Source: the human T2T-CHM13v2.0 reference genome, Homo sapiens. Taken from it: DNA of 64,000 nucleotides. The notes beneath the pieces were generated by a model that saw nothing but the letters and a program-made list of their open reading frames with translations, did not search any database and was not told the DNA's origin. How positions within the stretch are numbered: the first letter of the stretch is position 1; the number at the start of each line of letters is the position of its first letter. The DNA lies in assembly GCF_009914755.1 (NCBI RefSeq), contig NC_060925.1; one strand, given 5' to 3'. Of this stretch, positions 28,296 to 42,600 are shown piece after piece. The position numbers and the translations under genes are program-made.

Positions 28296-31200
28296 ATGGA
28301 ATCGTCATCGAATGAATTGACTGCAATCATCGAATGGTCTCGAATGGAATCATCTTCAAATGGAATGGAATGGAATCATCGCATAGAATCGAATGGAATT
28401 ATCATCGAATGGAATCGAATGGAATCAACATCAAACGGAAAAAAACGGAATTATCGAATGGAATCGAAGAGAATCATCGAATGGACCCGAATGGAATCAT
28501 CTAATGGAATGGAATGGAATAATCCATGGACTCGAATGCAATCATCATCGAATGGAATCGAATGGAATCATCGAATGGACTCGAATGGAATAATCATTGA
28601 ACGGAATCGAATGGAATCATCATCGGATGGAAATGAATGGAATCATCATCGAATGGAATCGAATAGAATTATGGAATGAAATCCAGTGTGATCATCATCG
28701 AATGGACCCGAATGGAATCATCATCCAACGGAAGCTAATGGAATCAACATCGAATGAATCGAATGGAAACACCATCGAATTGAAACGAATGGAATTATCA
28801 TGAAATTGAAATGGATGGACTCATCATCGAATGGATTCGAATGGAATCATCGAATAAAATTGATTGAAATCATCATCCAATGGAATCGAATGGTATCATT
28901 GAATGGAATCGAATGGAATCATCATCAGATGGAAATGAATGGAATCGTCATAGAATGGAATCGAATGGATTCATTGAATGGAATCAGATGGAATCATCGA
29001 ATGGACTGGAATGGAATCATTGAATGGACTCGAAAGGGATCATGATTGAATGGAATTGAATGGAATCATCGAATGGTCTCGATTGGAATCATTATCAAAT
29101 GGAATCGAATGGAATCACCGAATAGAATCGAATGGAACAATCATCGAATGGACTCAAATGGAATTATCCTCAAATGGAATCGAATGGAATTATCGAATGC
29201 AATCGAATAGAATCATCGAAAGGACTCGAATGGAATCATCGAATGGAATGGAATGGAACAGTCAATGAACTCGAATGGAATCATCATTGAATGGAATCGA
29301 ATGGAATCATCGAGTGGAATCGAATGGAATTATGATCAAATGGAATCTAATGTAATCATCATCAAATGGAATCAAAAATAACCATCATCAATTGGTATTG
29401 AATGGAATTGTCATCAAATGGAATTCAAAGGAATCATCATCAAATGGAACCGAATGGAATCCTCATTGAATGGAAATGAAAGGGGTCATCATCTAACGGA
29501 ATCGCATGGAATCATCATCAAATGGAATCTAATGGAATCATTGAACAGAATTGAATGGAATCGTCATCGAATGAATTGAATGCAATCATCGAATGGTCTC
29601 GAATGGAATCATCTTCTAATGGAAAGGAATGGAATCATCGCATAGAATCGAATGGAATTATCATCGAATGGAATCGAATGGTATCAACACCAAACGGAAA
29701 AAAACGGAATTATCGAATGGAATCGAAGAGAATCTTCGAACGGACCCGAATGGAATCATCTAATGGAATGGAATGGAATAATCCATGGACTCGAATGCAA
29801 TCATCATCGAATGGAATGGAATGGAATCATCGAATGGACTCGAATGGAATAATCATTGAACGGAATCGAATGGAATCATCATCGGATGGAAACGAATGGA
29901 ATCATCATCGAATGGAAATGAAAGGAGTCATCATCTAATGGAATTGCATGGAATCATCATAAAATGGAATCGAATGGAATCAACATCAAATGGAATCAAA
30001 TGGAATCATTGAACGGAATTGAATGGAATCGTCATCGAATGAATTGACTGCAATCATCGAATGGTCTCGAATGGAATCATCTTCAAATGGAATGGAATGG
30101 AATCATCGCATAGAATCGAATGGAATTATTATCGAATGGAATCGAATGGAATCAACATCAAACGGAAAAAAACGGAATTATCGAATGGAATCGAAGAGAA
30201 TCATCGAATGGACCCGAATGGAATCATATAATGGAATGGAATGGAATAATCCATGGACTCGAATGCAATCATCATCGAATGGAATCGAATGGAATCATCG
30301 AATGGACTCGAATGGAATAATCATTGAACGGAATCGAATGGAATCATCATCGGATGGAAATGAATGGAATCATCATCGAATGGAATCGAATAGAATTATG
30401 GAATGAAATCCAGTGTGATCATCATCGAATGGACCCGAATGGAATCATCATCCAACGGAAGCTAATGGAATCAACATCGAATGAATCGAATGGAAACACC
30501 ATCGAATTGAAACGAATGGAATTATCATGAAATTGAAATGGATGGACTCATCATCGAATGGATTCGAATGGAATCATCGAATAAAATTGATTGAAATCAT
30601 CATCCAATGGAATCGAATGGTATCATTGAATGGAATCGAATGGAATCATCATCAGATGGAAATGAATGGAATCGTCATAGAATGGAATCGAATGGATTCA
30701 TTGAATGGAATCAGATGGAATCATCGAATGGACTGGAATGGAATCATTGAATGGACTCGAAAGGGATCATTATTGAATGGAATTGAATGGAATCATCGAA
30801 TGGTCTCGATTGGAATCATTATCAAATGGAATCGAATGGAATCACCGAATAGAATCGAATGGAACAATCATCGAATGGACTCAAATGGAATTATCCTCAA
30901 ATGGAATCGAATGGAATTATCGAATGCAATCGAATGGAATTATCGAATGCAATCGAATAGAATCATCGAATGGACTCGAATGGAATCATCGAATGGAATG
31001 GAATGGAACAGTCAATGAACTCGAATGGAATCATCATTGAATGGAATCGAATGGAATCATCGAGTGGAATCGAATGGAATTATGATCAAATGGAATCTAA
31101 TGTAATCATCATCAAATGGAATCAAAAATAACCATCATCAATTGGTATTGAATGGAATTGTCATCAAATGGAATTCAAAGGAATCATCATCAAATGGAAC

Positions 31201-34200
31201 CGAATGGAATCCTCATTGAATGGAAATGAAAGGGGTCATCATCTAACGGAATCGCATGGAATCATCATCAAATGGAATCTAATGGAATCATTGAACAGAA
31301 TTGAATGGAATCGTCATCGAATGAATTGAATGCAATCATCGAATGGTCTCGAATGGAATCATCTTCTAATGGAAAGGAATGGAATCATCGCATAGAATCG
31401 AATGGAATTATCATCGAATGGAATCGAATGGTATCAACACCAAACGGAAAAAAACGGAATTATCGAATGGAATCGAAGAGAATCTTCGAACGGACCCGAA
31501 TGGAATCATCTAATGGAATGGAATGGAATAATCCATGGACTCGAATGCAATCATCATCGAATGGAATGGAATGGAATCATCGAATGGACTCGAATGGAAT
31601 AATCATTGAACGGAATCGAATGGAATCATCATCGGATGGAAACGAATGGAATCATCATCGAATGGAAATGAAAGGAGTCATCATCTAATGGAATTGCATG
31701 GAATCATCATCAAATGGAATCGAATGGAATCAACATCAAATGGAATCAAATGGAATCATTGAACGGAATTGAATGGAATCGTCATCGAATGAATTGACTG
31801 CAATCATCGAATGGTCTCGAATGGAATCATCTTCAAATGGAATGGAATGGAATCATCGCATAGAATCGAATGGAATTATCATCGAATGGAATCGAATGGA
31901 ATCAACATCAAACGGAAAAAAACGGAATTATCGAATGGAATCGAAGAGAATCATCGAATGGACCCGAATGGAATCATCTAATGGAATGGAATGGAATAAT
32001 CCATGGACTCGAATGCAATCATCATCGAATGGAATCGAATGGAATCATCGAATGGACTCGAATGGAATAATCATTGAACGGAATCGAATGGAATCATCAT
32101 CGGATGGAAATGAATGGAATCATCATCGAATGGAATCGAATAGAATTATGGAATGAAATCCAGTGTGATCATCATCGAATGGACCCGAATGGAATCATCA
32201 TCCAACGGAAGCTAATGGAATCAACATCGAATGAATCAAATGGAAACACCATCGAATTGAAACGAATGGAATTATCATGAAATTGAAACGGATGGACTCA
32301 TCATCGAATGGATTCGAATGGAATCATCGAATAAAATTGATTGAAATCATCATCCAATGGAATCGAATGGTATCATTGAATGGAATCGAATGGAATCATC
32401 ATCAGATGGAAATGAATGGAATCGTCATAGAATGGAATCGAATGGATTCATTGAATGGAATCAGATGGAATCATTGAATGGACTGGAATGGAATCATTGA
32501 ATGGACTCGAAAGGGATCATGATTGAATGGAATTGAATGGAATCATCGAATGGTCTCGATTGGAATCATTATCAAATGGAATCGAATGGAATCACCGAAT
32601 AGAATCGAATGGAACAATCATCGAATGGACTCAAATGGAATTATCCTCAAATGGAATCGAATGGAATTATTGAATGCAATCGAATGGAATTATCGAATGC
32701 AATCGAATAGAATCATCGAAAGGACTCGAATGGAATCATCGAATGGAATGGAATGGAACAGTCAATGAACTCGAATGGAATCATCATTGAATGGAATCGA
32801 ATGGAATCATCGAGTGGAATCGAATGGAATTATGATCAAATGGAATCGAATGTAATCATCATCAAATGGAATCAAAAATAACCATCATCAATTGGTATTG
32901 AATGGAATTGTCATCAAATGGAATTCAAAGGAATCATCATCAAATGGAACCGAATGGAATCCTCATTGAATGGAAAGGAAAGGGGTCATCATCTAATGGA
33001 ATCGCATGGAATCATCATCAAATGGAATCGAATGGAATCATCATCAAATGGAATCAAATGGAATTATTGAACAGAATTGAATGGAATCGTCATCGAATGA
33101 ATTGAATGCAATCATCGAATGGTCTCGAATGGAATCATCTTCTACTGGAAAGGAATGGAATCATCGCATAGAATCGAATGGAATTATCATCGAATGGAAT
33201 CGAATGGTATCAACACCAAACGGAAAAAAACGGAATTATCGAATGGAATCGAAGAGAATCTTCGAACGGACCCGAATGGAATCATCTAATGGAATGGAAT
33301 GGAATAATCCATGGACTCGAATGCAATCATCATCGAATGGAATGGAATGGAATCATCGAATGGACTCGAATGGAATAATCATTGAACGGAATCGAATGGA
33401 ATCATCATCGGATGGAAACGAATGGAATCATCATCGAATGGAAATGAAAGGAGTCATCATCTAATGGAATTGCATGGAATCATCATAAAATGGAATCGAA
33501 TGGAATCAACATCAAATGGAATCAAATGGAATCATTGAACGGAATTGAATGGAATCGTCATCGAATGAATTGAATGCAATCATCGAATGGTCTCGAATGG
33601 AATCATCTTCAAATGGAATGGAATGGAATCATCGCATAGAATCGAATGGAATTATCATCGAATGGAATCGAATGGAATAAACATCAAACGGAAAAAAACG
33701 GAATTATCGAATGGAATCGAAGAGAATCATCGAATGGACCCGAATGGAATCATCTAATGGAATGGAATGGAATAATCCATGGACTCGAATGCAATCATCA
33801 TCGAATGGAATCGAATGGAATCATCGAATGGACTCGAATGGAATAATCATTGAACGGAATCGAATGGAATCATCATCGGATGGAAATGAATGGAATCATC
33901 ATCGAATGGAATCGAATAGAATTATGGAATGAAATCCAGTGTGATCATCATCGAATGGACCCGAATGGAATCATCATCCAACGGAACCTAATGGAATCAA
34001 CATCGAATGAATCGAATGGAAACACCATCGAATTGAAACGAATGGAATTATCATGAAATTGAAATGGATGGACTCATCATCGAATGGATTCGAATGGAAT
34101 CATCGAATAAAATTGATTGAAATCATCATCCAATGGAATCGAATGGAATCATCATCAGATGGAAATGAATGGAATCGTCATAGAATGGAATCGAATGGAT

Positions 34201-35301
34201 TCATTGAATGGAATCAGATGGAATCATCGAATGGACTGGAATGGAATCATTGAATGGACTCGAAAGGGATCATGATTGAATGGAATTGAATGGAATCATC
34301 GAATGGTCTCGATTGGAATCATTATCAAATGGAATCGAATGGAATCACCGAATAGAATCGAATGGAACAATCATCGAATGGACTCAAATGGAATTATCCT
34401 CCAATGGAATCGAATGGAATTATCGAATGCAATCGAATGGAATTATCGAATGCAATCAAATAGAATCATCGAATGGACTCGAATGGAATCATCGAATGGA
34501 ATGGAATGGAACAGTCAATGAACTCGAATGGAATCATCATTGAATGGAATCGAATGGAATCATCGAGTGGAATCGAATGGAATTATGATCAAATGGAATC
34601 GAATGTAATCATCATCAAATGGAATCAAAAATAACCATCATCAATTGGTATTGAATGGAATTGTCATCAAATGGAATTCAAAGGAATCATCATCAAATGG
34701 AACCGAATGGAATCCTCATTGAATGGAAATGAAAGGGGTCATCATCTAATGGAATCGCATGGAATCATCATCAAATGGAATCGAATGGAATCATCATCAA
34801 ATGGAATCTAATGGAATCATTGAACAGAATTGAATGGAATCGTCATCGAATGAATTGAATGCAATCATCGAATGGTCTCGAATGGAATCATCTTCTAATG
34901 GAAAGGAATGGAATCATCGCATAGAATCGAATGGAATTATCATCGAATGGAATCGAATGGTATCAACACCAAACGGAAAAAAACGGAATTATCGAATGGA
35001 ATCAAAGAGAATCTTCGAACGGACCCGAATGGAATCATCTAATGGAATGGAATGGAATAATCCATGGACTCGAATGCAATCATCATCGAATGGAATCGAA
35101 TGGAATCATCGAATGGACTCGAATGGAATAATCATTGAACGGAATCGAATGGAATCATCATCGGATGGAAACGAATGGAATCATCATCGAATGGAAATGA
35201 AAGGAGTCATCATCTAATGGAATTGCATGGAATCATCATAAAATGGAATCGAATGGAATCAACATCAAATGGAATCAAATGGAATCATTGAACGGAATTG
35301 A

Positions 35302-36609
35302 ATGGAATCGTCATCGAATGAATTGACTGCAATCATCGAATGGTCTCGAATGGAATCATCTTCAAATGGAATGGAATGGAATCATCACATAGAATCGAAT
35401 GGAATTATCATCGAATGGAATCGAATGGAATCAACATCAAACGGAAAAAAACGGAATTATCGAATGGAATCGAAGAGAATCATCGAATGGACCCGAATGG
35501 AATCATCTAATGGAATGGAATGGAATAATCCATGGACTCGAATGCAATCATCATCGAATGGAATCGAATGGAATCATCGAATGGACTCGAATGGAATAAT
35601 CATTGAACGGAATCGAATGGAATCATCATCGGATGGAAATGAATGGAATCATCATCGAATGGAATCGAATAGAATTATGGAATGAAATCCAGTGTGATCA
35701 TCATCGAATGGACCCGAATGGAATCATCATCCAACGGAAGCTAATGGAATCAACATCGAATGAATCGAATGGAAACACCATCGAATTGAAACGAATGGAA
35801 TTATCATGAAATTGAAATGGATGGACTCATCATCGAATGGATTCGAATGGAATCATCGAATAAAATTGATTGAAATCATCATCCAATGGAATCGAATGGT
35901 ATCATTGAATGGAATCGAATGGAATCATCATCAGATGGAAATGAATGGAATCGTCATAGAATGGAATCGAATGGATTCATTGAATGGAATCAGATGGAAT
36001 CATCGAATGGACTGGAATGGAATCATTGAATGGACTCGAAAGGGATCATGATTGAATGGAATTGAATGGAATCATCGAATGGTCTCGATTGGAATCATTA
36101 TCAAATGGAATCGAATGGAATCACCGAATAGAATCGAATGGAACAATCATCGAATGGACTCAAATGGAATTATCCTCAAATGGAATCGAATGGAATTATC
36201 GAATGCAATCGAATGGAATTATCGAATGCAATCGAATAGAATGATCGAATGAACTCGAATGGAATCATCGAATGGAATGGAATGGAACAGTCAATGAACT
36301 CGAATGGAATCATCATTGAATGGAATCGAATGGAATCATCGAGTGGAATCGAATGGAATTATGATCAAATGCAATCGAATGTAATCCTCATCAAATGGAA
36401 TCAAAAATAACCATCATCAATTGGTATTGAATGGAATTGTCATCAAATGGAATTCAAAGGAATCATCATCAAATGGAACCGAATGGAATCCTCATTGAAT
36501 GGAAATGAAAGGGGTCATCATCTAATGGAATCGCATGGAATCATCATAAAATGGAATCGAATGGAATCAACATCAAATGGAATCAAATGGAATCATTGAA
36601 CGCAATTGA
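35302..36609 (+). repeat. 1308-bp unit lacking one 468-bp subrepeat
   Basis: B-type GGGGTC...ATCGCATGG (36511-36540) runs directly into A-type CATAAAATGG...CAACATC (36545 onward). Spacing 35302 to 36610 is 1308. Confidence 0.93.
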
Positions 36610-39600
36610 ATGGAATCGTCATCGAATGAATTGACTGCAATCATCGAATGGTCTCGAATGGAATCATCTTCAAATGGAATGGAATGGAATCATCGCATAG
36701 AATCGAATGGAATTATCATCGAATGGAATCGAATGGAATCAACATCAAACGGAAAAAAACGGAATTATCGAATGGAATCGAAGAGAATCATCGAATGGAC
36801 CCGAATGGAATCATCTAATGGAATGGAATGGAATAATCCATGGACTCGAATGCAATCATCATCGAATGGAATCGAATGGAATCATCGAATGGACTCGAAT
36901 GGAATAATCATTGAACGGAATCGAATGGAATCATCATTGGATGGAAATGAATGGAATCATCATCGAATGGAATCGAATAGAATTATGGAATGAAATCCAG
37001 TGTGATCATCATCGAATGGACCCGAATGGAATCATCATCCAACGGAAGCTAATGGAATCAACATCGAATGAATCGAATGGAAACACCATCGAATTGAAAC
37101 GAATGGAATTATCATGAAATTGAAATGGATGGACTCATCATCGAATGGATTCGAATGGAATCATCGAATAAAATTGATTGAAATCATCATCCAATGGAAT
37201 CGAATGGTATCATTGAATGGAATCGAATGGAATCATCATCAGATGGAAATGAATGGAATCGTCATAGAATGGAATCGAATGGATTCATTGAATGGAATCA
37301 GATGGAATCATCGAATGGACTGGAATGGAATCATTGAATGGACTCGAAAGGGATCATTATTGAATGGAATTGAATGGAATCATCGAATGGTCTCGATTGG
37401 AATCATTATCAAATGGAATGGAATGGAATCACCGAACAGAATCGAATGGAACAATCATCGAATGGACTCAAATGGAATTATCCTCCAATGGAATCGAATG
37501 GAATTATCGAATGCAATCGAATAGAATCATCGAATGGACTCGAATGGAATCATCGAATGGAATGGAATGGAACAGTCAATGAACTCGAATGGAATCATCA
37601 TTGAATGGAATCGAATGGAATCATCGAGTGGAATCGAATGGAATTATGATCAAATGGAATCGAATGTAATCCTCATCAAATGGAATCAAAAATAACCATC
37701 ATCAATTGGTATTGAATGGAATTGTCATCAAATGGAATTCAAAGGAATCATCATCAAATGGAACCGAATGGAATCCTCATTGAATGGAAATGAAAGGGGT
37801 CATCATCTAATGGAATCGCATGGAATCATCATCAAATGGAATCGAATGGAATCATCATCAAATGGAATCTAATGGAATCATTGAACAGAATTGAATGGAA
37901 TCGTCATCGAATGAATTGAATGCAATCATCGAATGGTCTCGAATGGAATCATCTTCTAATGGAAAGGAATGGAATCATCGCATAGAATCGAATGGAATTA
38001 TCATCGAATGGAATCGAATGGTATCAACACCAAACGGAAAAAAACGGAATTATCGAATGGAATCGAAGAGAATCTTCGAACGGACCCGAATGGAATCATC
38101 TAATGGAATGGAATGGAATAATCCATGGACTCGAATGCAATCATCATCGAATGGAATGGAATGGAATCATCGAATGGACTCGAATGGAATAATCATTGAA
38201 CGGAATCGAATGGAATCATCATCGGATGGAAACGAATGGAATCATCATCGAATGGAAATGAAAGGAGTCATCATCTAATGGAATTGCATGGAATCATCAT
38301 AAAATGGAATCGAATGGAATCAACATCAAATGGAATCAAATGGAATCATTGAACGGAATTGAATGGAATCGTCATCGAATGAATTGACTGCAATCATCGA
38401 ATGGTCTCGAATGGAATCATCTTCAAATGGAATGGAATGGAATCATCGCATAGAATCGAATGGAATTATCATCGAATGGAATCGAATGGAATCAACATCA
38501 AACGGAAAAAAACGGAATTATCGAATGGAATCGAAGAGAATCATCGAATGGACCCGAATGGAATCATCTAATGGAATGGAATGGAATAATCCATGGACTC
38601 GAATGCAATCATCATCGAATGGAATCGAATGGAATCATCGAATGGACTCGATTGGAATAATCATTGAACGGAATCGAATGGAATCATCATCGGATGGAAA
38701 TGAATGGAATCATCATCGAATGGAATCGAATAGAATTATGGAATGAAATCCAGTGTGATCATCATCGAATGGACCCGAATGGAATCATCATCCAACGGAA
38801 GCTAATGGAATCAACATCGAATGAATCGAATGGAAACACCATCGAATTGAAACGAATGGAATTATCATGAAATTGAAATGGATGGACTCATCATCGAATG
38901 GATTCGAATGGAATCATCGAATAAAATTGATTGAAATCATCATCCAATGGAATCGAATGGAATCATCATCAGATGGAAATGAATGGAATCGTCATAGAAT
39001 GGAATCGAATGGATTCATTGAATGGAATCAGATGGAATCATCGAATGGACTGGAATGGAATCATTGAATGGACTCGAAAGGGATCATTATTGAATGGAAT
39101 TGAATGGAATCATCGAATGGTCTCGATTGCAATCATTATCAAATGGAATCGAATGGAATCACCGAATAGAATCGAATGGAACAATCATCGAATGGACTCA
39201 AATGGAATTATCCTCCAATGGAATCGAATGGAATTATCGAATGCAATCGAATAGAATCATCGAATGGACTCGAATGGAATCATCGAATGGAATGGAATGG
39301 AACAGTCAATGAACTCGAATGGAATCATCATTGAATGGAATCGAATGGAATCATCGAGTGGAATCGAATGGAATTATGATCAAATGGAATCGAATGTAAT
39401 CCTCATCAAATGGAATCAAAAATAACCATCATCAATTGGTATTGAATGGAATTGTCATCAAATGGAATTCAAAGGAATCATCATCAAATGGAACCGAATG
39501 GAATCCTCATTGAATGGAAATGAAAGGGGTCATCATCTAATGGAATCGCATGGAATCATCATCAAATGGAATCGAATGGAATCATCATCAAATGGAATCT

Positions 39601-42600
39601 AATGGAATCATTGAACAGAATTGAATGGAATCGTCATCGAATGAATTGAATGCAATCATCGAATGGTCTCGAATGGAATCATCTTCTAATGGAAAGGAAT
39701 GGAATCATCGCATAGAATCGAATGGAATTATCATCGAATGGAATCGAATGGTATCAACACCAAACGGAAAAAAACGGAATTATCGAATGGAATCGAAGAG
39801 AATCTTCGAACGGACCCGAATGGAATCATCTAATGGAATGGAATGGAATAATCCATGGACTCGAATGCAATCATCATCGAATGGAATGGAATGGAATCAT
39901 CGAATGGACTCGAATGGAATAATCATTGAACGGAATCGAATGGAATCATCATCGGATGGAAACGAATGGAATCATCATCGAATGGAAATGAAAGGAGTCA
40001 TCATCTAATGGAATTGCATGGAATCATCATAAAATGGAATCGAATGGAATCAACATCAAATGGAATCAAATGGAATCATTGAACGGAATTGAATGGAATC
40101 GTCATCGAATGAATTGACTGCAATCATCGAATGGTCTCGAATGGAATCATCTTCAAATGGAATGGAATGGAATCATCGCATAGAATCGAATGGAATTATC
40201 ATCGAATGGAATCGAATGGAATCAACATCAAACGGAAAAAAACAGAATTATCATATGGAATCGAAGAGAATCATCGAATGGACCCGAATGGAATCATCTA
40301 ATGGAATGGAATGGAATAATCCATGGACTCGAATGCAATCATCATCGAATGGAATCGAATGGAATCATCGAATGGACTCGAATGGAATAATCATTGAACG
40401 GAATCGAATGGAATCATCATCGGATGGAAATGAATGGAATCATCATCGAATGGAATCGAATAGAATTATGGAATGAAATCCAGTGTGATCATCATCGAAT
40501 GGACCCGAATGGAATCATCATCCAACGGAAGCTAATGGAATCAACATCGAATGAATCGAATGGAAACACCATCGAATTGAAACGAATGGAATTATCATGA
40601 AATTGAAATGGATGGACTCATCATCGAATGGATTCGAATGGAATCATCGAATAAAATTGATTGAAATCATCATCCAATGGAATCGAATGGAATCATCATC
40701 AGATGGAAATGAATGGAATCGTCATAGAATGGAATCGAATGGATTCATTGAATGGAATCAGATGGAATCATCGAATGGACTGGAATGGAATCATTGAATG
40801 GACTCGAAAGGGATCATTATTGAATGGAATTGAATGGAATCATCGAATGGTCTCGATTGCAATCATTATCAAATGGAATCGAATGGAATCACCGAATAGA
40901 ATCGAATGGAACAATCATCGAATGGACTCAAATGGAATTATCCTCCAATGGAATCGAATGGAATTATCAAATGCAATCGAATAGAATCATCGAATGGACT
41001 CGAATGGAATCATCGAATGGAATGGAATGGAACAGTCAATGAACTCGAATGGAATCATCATTGAATGGAATCGAATGGAATCATCGAGTGGAATCGAATG
41101 GAATTATGATCAAATGGAATCGAATGTAATCCTCATCAAATGGAATCAAAAATAACCATCATCAATTGGTATTGAATGGAATTGTCATCAAATGGAATTC
41201 AAAGGAATCATCATCAAATGGAACCGAATGGAATCCTCATTGAATGGAAATGAAAGGGGTCATCATCTAATGGAATCGCATGGAATCATCATCAAATGGA
41301 ATCGAATGGAATCATCATCAAATGGAATCTAATGGAATCATTGAACAGAATTGAATGGAATCGTCATCGAATGAATTGAATGCAATCATCGAATGGTCTC
41401 GAATGGAATCATCTTCTAATGGAAAGGAATGGAATCATCGCATAGAATCGAATGGAATTATCATCGAATGGAATCGAATGGTATCAACACCAAACGGAAA
41501 AAAACGGAATTATCGAATGGAATCGAAGAGAATCTTCGAACGGACCCGAATGGAATCATCTAATGGAATGGAATGGAATAATCCATGGACTCGAATGCAA
41601 TCATCATCGAATGGAATGGAATGGAATCATCGAATGGACTCGAATGGAATAATCATTGAACGGAATCGAATGGAATCATCATCGGATGGAAACGAATGGA
41701 ATCATCATCGAATGGAAATGAAAGGAGTCATCATCTAATGGAATTGCATGGAATCATCATCAAATGGAATCGAATGGAATCAACATCAAATGGAATCAAA
41801 TGGAATCATTGAACGGAATTGAATGGAATCGTCATCGAATGAATTGACTGCAATCATCGAATGGTCTCGAATGGAATCATCTTCAAATGGAATGGAATGG
41901 AATCATCGCATAGAATCGAATGGAATTATCATCGAATGGAATCGAATGGAATCAACATCAAACGGAAAAAAACAGAATTATCGTATGGAATCGAAGAGAA
42001 TCATCGAATGGACCCGAATGGAATCATCTAATGGAATGGAATGGAATAATCCATGGACTCGAATGCAATCATCATCGAATGGAATCGAATGGAATCATCG
42101 AATGGACTCGAATGGAATAATCATTGAACGGAATCGAATGGAATCATCATCGGATGGAAATGAATGGAATCATCATCGAATGGAATCGAATAGAATTATG
42201 GAATGAAATCCAGTGTGATCATCATCGAATGGACCCGAATGGAATCATCATCCAACGGAAGCTAATGGAATCAACATCGAATGAATCGAATGGAAACACC
42301 ATCGAATTGAAACGAATGGAATTATCATGAAATTGAAATGGATGGACTCATCATCGAATGGATTCGAATGGAATCATCGAATAAAATTGATTGAAATCAT
42401 CATCCAATGGAATCGAATGGTATCATTGAATGGAATCGAATGGAATCATCATCAGATGGAAATGAATGGAATCGTCATAGAATGGAATCGAATGGATTCA
42501 TTGAATGGAATCAGATGGAATCATCGAATGATCTGGAATGGAATCATTGAATGGACTCGAAAGGGATCATTATTGAATGGAATTGAATGGAATCATCGAA

